The notes below the pieces were generated by a model. The model saw only the letters and a program-made list of their open reading frames with translations, did not search any database and was not told the DNA's origin. A stretch of DNA of 64,000 nt from an uncultured Methylomirabilota bacterium (GTDB lineage Bacteria > Methylomirabilota > Methylomirabilia > Methylomirabilales > 2-02-FULL-66-22). The stretch is taken from NCBI GenBank assembly GCA_963845565.1, contig CAWJSJ010000002.1, forward strand, positions 1,024,001 through 1,088,000, in the 5' to 3' direction. Position numbers and translations under genes: made by a program. Shown in pieces: positions 59,288 through 64,000 of this stretch (the first letter of the stretch is position 1; each line of letters starts with the position of its first letter).

Positions 59288-61192
59288 TCACCTCGTCAGG
59301 GCGGGCAGCCAGGTCGTGAGGCCGGGGAAGAATGAAATCAGCGCCAGGAACACGCCCATCAGGATCAGGAACGGGATCACCCCCCGGGAGACCTCGGCGG
59401 CGGTGGCCTTGCCGATCTCCTGGAGAATGAACAGGTTGATGCCTTCGGGGGGCGAGATCAGGGCCAACTCGCCCGTCACCACCATGATGATGCCGAACCA
59501 GAGGCCGTCGAAGCCCAGCGCCTTGATCACCGGATAGAGGATGGGGCAAGTGATGACCATGATCGAGACGGCCTCCAGCGGGCCGCCCAAGATGATGAGG
59601 AAGATGAGGATGAAGACGAGGTAGAGCCAGGAGGGGAGCGCGAGAGCGCTGATCGCCTTGAGGAGGTCCTGCGTGATCTGGGTCATGGTGATGAGGTTGC
59701 CGGTGATGTTGGCGCCGATGATGATGAGGATGATCATCCCGCTGATCTTCCCCGCCTTCAGGATGCAGGCCTTAAGTCGAGTCCAGGGCAGGGTCTGATA
59801 CCAGAAGGTGCAGAGGAAGATGCTGTAGAGGACGGCCACGGCCCCGGCCTCGGTCGGCGTGAAGAGGCCGGAGTAGATCCCCCCCATGATGATCAGGATG
59901 ACGATGAGCCCGCCCAGGCTCTCCCTGGTGGCCTGCCAAATCTCCCCTAGGCTGGCCCGCGGGTCGCGCTGGATGTTTGGATCGCGCAGGCCCACCACCA
60001 CCATGTAGGCGATGAAGAAGCCGGTGAGGATGAGGCCCGGCACCACCGCCGCCAGGAAGAGGGCCCCCAGGGACTCGAACGTGATGGCCGAATAGAAGAT
60101 CAGGGCCAGGCTGGGCGGGAACAGGATGCCCAGGGTCCCGCCGGCCGCGAGCAGGCCGATCGAGATCTTGCGGTTGTAGCCCCGCTTCAGCATCTCGGGC
60201 AGGGCGATCACGCTCACCGCCGCCGCCACGGCCACGCTGGAGCCCGTCATGGCGGCAAAGATCCCGCAGAAGATGATGGCGGCGATCCCCATCCCGCCGG
60301 GCAGGTGGCGCACGAGCGTGTTGGCGAACTGGAAAATCCGAGGCCCCACCTGCCCCGCCTCCAGGATCGTCCCGGAGAGGAGGAAGAGGGGGAAGGCCAC
60401 GATGAGGATGCTGTCCACCGTGTTGTAGGCGATCATCGGGACGTTGATCAAGGCGGTCTCGCCGCCGAGAAGAATGAAGAGGCCGAAGGTGCCAAAGAGG
60501 CCCATGGCGTATGAGACCGGCATCCCGTTGAACAGTAGGGTGAAGAAGAGCAGGGCGAGGCCGGTCTTGGGCCAGGACTGGAGGAGAAGCAGGCCGAGGC
60601 CGAGTGTGCCCGCGAAGACAAACAGCGGGAGATACGCCCCTGGCCGGTTGCCCTCGGGAAGCGTTGCCAGGGCTCCTCGGTGAAGGCCGCGCACGTCTTT
60701 TCCCAGGACCCGGAGCAGCTCCAGAAGCATGAGGCCGCCCCCGAGGGGGACGAAGGCCTGCGGGATCCAGAGCGGGATCTGAAGGGTCTGAGACAGCTCA
60801 CCCATGGCGTACGAGCTCTGCACCATCTTCATCCCGTACCAGGTGAGAATGAGGCTTAGGACGATGCCGAGGCCGGTGGTGAAGAGTTCCAGGAGAAAGA
60901 CCGACCCCTTGGAGAGGTGGGCGGTGACGAAGTCCACGCGCGTGTGGCCCTTCTCCTGCAAGGTGTACGCGAAGAGGAGAAAGGCGGCCACGATGGTGAG
61001 GAGGCTGCTGATCTCCGCCACCCACATGGTGGGGGCGCGGAAGGCGAAGCGCATGACGACTTCGTAGACGATGATGCAGGCCACGGCCAGAAAGAGAATG
61101 CTTCCGAGACCCCCCAAGAGCGTGATGAGCCGGGCCAGGGGCGGTCGGGCCGGGGAGTGTCCGTCGGCTGCTGGCCTAACGCTGTCCGCCAT
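59288..61192 (-). CDS. fused TRAP DctQ-DctM permease
   Basis: N-terminal DctQ (YEVVMRF, GHTRVD) and C-terminal DctM (GSSVA, GTLGILFPPS, TPTEAG). Confidence 0.88.
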   Translation of the reverse strand: MADSVRPAADGHSPARPPLARLITLLGGLGSILFLAVACIIVYEVVMRFAFRAPTMWVAEISSLLTIVAAFLLFAYTLQEKGHTRVDFVTAHLSKGSVFLLELFTTGLGIVLSLILTWYGMKMVQSSYAMGELSQTLQIPLWIPQAFVPLGGGLMLLELLRVLGKDVRGLHRGALATLPEGNRPGAYLPLFVFAGTLGLGLLLLQSWPKTGLALLFFTLLFNGMPVSYAMGLFGTFGLFILLGGETALINVPMIAYNTVDSILIVAFPLFLLSGTILEAGQVGPRIFQFANTLVRHLPGGMGIAAIIFCGIFAAMTGSSVAVAAAVSVIALPEMLKRGYNRKISIGLLAAGGTLGILFPPSLALIFYSAITFESLGALFLAAVVPGLILTGFFIAYMVVVGLRDPNIQRDPRASLGEIWQATRESLGGLIVILIIMGGIYSGLFTPTEAGAVAVLYSIFLCTFWYQTLPWTRLKACILKAGKISGMIILIIIGANITGNLITMTQITQDLLKAISALALPSWLYLVFILIFLIILGGPLEAVSIMVITCPILYPVIKALGFDGLWFGIIMVVTGELALISPPEGINLFILQEIGKATAAEVSRGVIPFLILMGVFLALISFFPGLTTWLPALTR

Positions 61193-61204
61193 GGAATCCC
61201 TTCC

Positions 61205-62095
61205 TCAACTCGTCTTGGTCCTGGCCAGCAGGTCCTTGTAATAGGTCGCCTCCGCCTCCCGGATCTTCTGCAACCCGACCAGGCGGTTGAACTCCTCGAA
61301 CGAGATCATCCGGTCCAGGCAGCCCTGCGTCGTCCCCGAGGCCCGCAGCTCTTCCATGACGCGCCGCACGGCCCAGGCGGCCGCGTAGAGGGCCGCCAGC
61401 GGCGAGACCACGACGTCGTAGCCGATGCCCTGCAGCTCCGCTGGGGTGAGGAGGGGGGTCTTGCCCCCCTCGATCATGTTGGCCATGGTGGGGGCGTTGA
61501 CCTCCCTGGTGATTCGCCGCATGTCCTCGACGGAGGGGGGCGCCTCGATAAAAATGAGATCGGCCCCGGCCTCGCGGTAACGGTTGGCCCGCTCAATGGC
61601 CGCGTCGAGGCCATGGATCGCGAGGGCGTCGGTCCGGGCCATGATCACGAGGTCCGGATCCGTCCTGGCGTCCAGGGCTGCCTTGAGCTTGACGACCATC
61701 TCGTCCGTGGGGATGACCTGCTTCCCTTCCATGTGGCCGCAGCGCTTGGGGAAGACCTGGTCCTCGATGAACAGTCCTGCGACTCCGGCCTTTTCAAACT
61801 CCTTGATCGTCCGGGCGACGTTGGTGGCGTTCCCGTGGCCCGTGTCCCCGTCGGCAAAAACGGGGATCGCCACGGCGTCCACGAGGTACTGGGTATGGCG
61901 AACCATCTCGGTGAGGGAGAGGAGGGCCACATCCGGTTTGGCGAGGAGGGCGGCCGAGGTCGGATAGCCGCCCAGGGTGACGGCCTGGAATCCGGCCTGC
62001 TCCACGATCTTGGCCGAGAGGGCGTCGTAGGCTCCCGGCATGACGAGAATCTCCTCGGCAAGGATCAACTGTTTCAGACGCGTCGTTTTCTTCAC
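61205..62095 (-). CDS. isocitrate lyase/PEP mutase family (PrpB or oxaloacetate-hydrolase-like)
   Basis: PGAYDALSA, DGDTGHG, IEDQVFPKRCGH, ARTDA. Confidence 0.88.
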   Translation of the reverse strand: MKKTTRLKQLILAEEILVMPGAYDALSAKIVEQAGFQAVTLGGYPTSAALLAKPDVALLSLTEMVRHTQYLVDAVAIPVFADGDTGHGNATNVARTIKEFEKAGVAGLFIEDQVFPKRCGHMEGKQVIPTDEMVVKLKAALDARTDPDLVIMARTDALAIHGLDAAIERANRYREAGADLIFIEAPPSVEDMRRITREVNAPTMANMIEGGKTPLLTPAELQGIGYDVVVSPLAALYAAAWAVRRVMEELRASGTTQGCLDRMISFEEFNRLVGLQKIREAEATYYKDLLARTKTS

Positions 62096-62358
62096 CAGTG
62101 TCCTCCTCTCGGGGGCAGGACGGCCAAGCCCCATCCTGTCCGCCGCGAATCCTCCGACGGGCGCGAATTCTTTCATCTTCAGGAAGCGGTGTCAACGCGG
62201 CTGTGTGGCTTGTGTGGCTTGATTCCGCTTGACGCTGTGGCGGGGGATGCGGCATGCTCGCGGAGAACTCAGGCGTTTCGCGGGGTCTTCCCACGGTCCG
62301 CGAGTAGGCATCGTCTCCGCGACCCGGCGTCGCCGCCGGCAGGGCGAGGTGGAGGGGG

Positions 62359-64000
62359 ATGAGCCGCCAGACATTGCGCACCGTCTTCCGGTTGTTTCTC
62401 GTCGGCCTGGTGCTGGGCTGCGCCGTCCTCGTCGGCGCATTCTTCGTCGTGCTCCGCTCCCCGTACGTCCTGAATTGGCTCGCCCACGGCCTCGGCTACG
62501 CCGTGGACGCCCAGGCGGTGTCGTTATCGCCGACGCTCTCGGGATCCATCTCCGACCTCCGCGTCACCCGGTTGGGCGATGACGGGCTGGTGCTGCACTG
62601 CGCCAGCGTCACGTCCACGACCTCGCTCGACATGATCCTGCAGGGCGAGGTCGACAGCTTGGTGCTCCAGAATCCGACGCTCACGTTCCGGATCGGGGCG
62701 GGGAAGGGCGCCGGCCCCGATCTCTCGTTCCTGGCCAGGCTGCCGCGGGTGCGCCGCCTCGAAATTCAGAACGCCGAGGCGCGCTTTCCGATCGAGGGCG
62801 GGCAGCACGTCGAGCTGACCGGCCTCAACCTGACGGTCAAGGACTTCGCCTCGAAAACTGGCGGCAGCATTGCGGTGCAGACACGCTTCGCCGTGACGAC
62901 CCAAGGGGATGCGGCCATCGCGGCGCGGGGGACGCTGAAGGGCGACTTCCTGTTGACGGCGGCGTATCCCAGGCCCTACGGGAAGGGGCGCATCGAGATC
63001 GCCGTCGACTCTGGAACCTACGCCAGCGCCGGCCGGTCCCTGGCCCTTGCCGGCCTGATGTTGGGGCTTGATCTGACGTACGACCGGGCCACCGAGACAC
63101 TCGCCATCACCCGGCTACGCGGGGAGAGCAAGGACCTGGGCGTCGTCGAAGGGGCCGGTCGGGCGGTGATGCAGGGGGACATGCCGTGGCAGGCGAACCT
63201 GTCGGTGGCGTCGATCGACCTTGCCCAGGTGTTCGGCCTCCTCAAGCCATTTCTCCCGGAGGATTATCGAGCCTGGACGATGCAGGGAAAAGGCGCCGTC
63301 GCGACGGAGATGCAGGGGACGTACGCCGGCGACCGACCGTCGCTCCAGGGGCAGGTGACGTTCACGTTCAGCCAGGGCGGTTTCAGCTCCCCGGACAGCA
63401 CCACCGCCGCGCAGGGGGTGAGCGGTCGGATCATCCTGAAGCTTCGATATGCCCCGTCCGACGAGCGGCTCGCGGTCAACCTCCGCACGGAACAGCAGGA
63501 CGGGGAGTACCTGTGGAAAACCTTCTACGGCAATCTGGGGAGCAGGCAGGCGTCGCTCACGGCAGAGGGGGGCGTGTCGCTCGGTGGAGACCGGGCCTTT
63601 GATCTGACGGGCTCGCTCGACGTCTTCCAGACCGGGGACTACGCGTTTCGTGCCGGCGGGACGAGAGACGCCTGGATGCTCCAGTTCACGGCCGCCGAGA
63701 TGTCGCACGACCGGCTGCTCGCCCTCTTTCTCCGGGACTCACTCAAGGATCTTTCGCCGCGCCTGGCCGACCTCGCGGCGACCGGGACGTCGGCGCTGGA
63801 GGCCGCGGTGCGGTACGATGGCACGGCGGCGACAATCAGGGGAACGTACCGGATCGCCGGGGCGACGATCCGGGCGCCGGCGATTCCTCTCGCGCTCCAC
63901 GAGGTGGAAGCGCACCTCCCTTTTGACCTGGTGTATCCGGCATCGGCCGCAGGGCCTGCGCCCTACGCCGCCGCGCCGGGTTTCATCCAGTTCGGGTCCG
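62359..64000 (+). CDS. large membrane-anchored beta-rich protein (AsmA/YdbH-like), truncated by the window edge
   Basis: Not in the ORF track. GGAGGGG RBS, ATG 62359, N-terminal TM (FRLFLVGLVLGCAVLVGAFFVVL), then alternating beta-strand-like sequence. Confidence 0.6.
   Translation, partial: MSRQTLRTVFRLFLVGLVLGCAVLVGAFFVVLRSPYVLNWLAHGLGYAVDAQAVSLSPTLSGSISDLRVTRLGDDGLVLHCASVTSTTSLDMILQGEVDSLVLQNPTLTFRIGAGKGAGPDLSFLARLPRVRRLEIQNAEARFPIEGGQHVELTGLNLTVKDFASKTGGSIAVQTRFAVTTQGDAAIAARGTLKGDFLLTAAYPRPYGKGRIEIAVDSGTYASAGRSLALAGLMLGLDLTYDRATETLAITRLRGESKDLGVVEGAGRAVMQGDMPWQANLSVASIDLAQVFGLLKPFLPEDYRAWTMQGKGAVATEMQGTYAGDRPSLQGQVTFTFSQGGFSSPDSTTAAQGVSGRIILKLRYAPSDERLAVNLRTEQQDGEYLWKTFYGNLGSRQASLTAEGGVSLGGDRAFDLTGSLDVFQTGDYAFRAGGTRDAWMLQFTAAEMSHDRLLALFLRDSLKDLSPRLADLAATGTSALEAAVRYDGTAATIRGTYRIAGATIRAPAIPLALHEVEAHLPFDLVYPASAAGPAPYAAAPGFIQFGS

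Noticed and set aside
1..64000. CRISPR array, tRNA or rRNA genes
   Set aside because: No regularly spaced direct repeats and no recognisable tRNA or rRNA sequence were seen.

Overview
GC-rich bacterial genomic window, mostly metabolic and transport genes: ilvBN, srkA, a yybP-ykoY (Mn) riboswitch operon with two zinc-ribbon genes and terC, a Tat-exported PaoABC-like molybdoenzyme, a DpgC-like dioxygenase, ppc, tandem lactonases, ytfE-qNor with a divergent norR, pncB, xdhC/mocA, a Liv-type ABC transporter, two TRAP systems, panE and a PrpB-like lyase. An accessory stretch at about 12.7-28.7 kb holds a papain-like/KAP-NTPase fusion whose catalytic Cys position is Ser, an FGE-fold protein, two TA modules, an AAA_14 ATPase and a lower-GC TRAP island. 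This stretch is punctuated by two unannotated repeat families, one of them a sigma70 promoter followed by a structured RNA-like leader. Several MITE-like elements sit exactly at stop codons. About seven single-base frameshifts in otherwise intact genes suggest sequencing or assembly indel errors. All calls come from reading motifs by eye; no database search was run.
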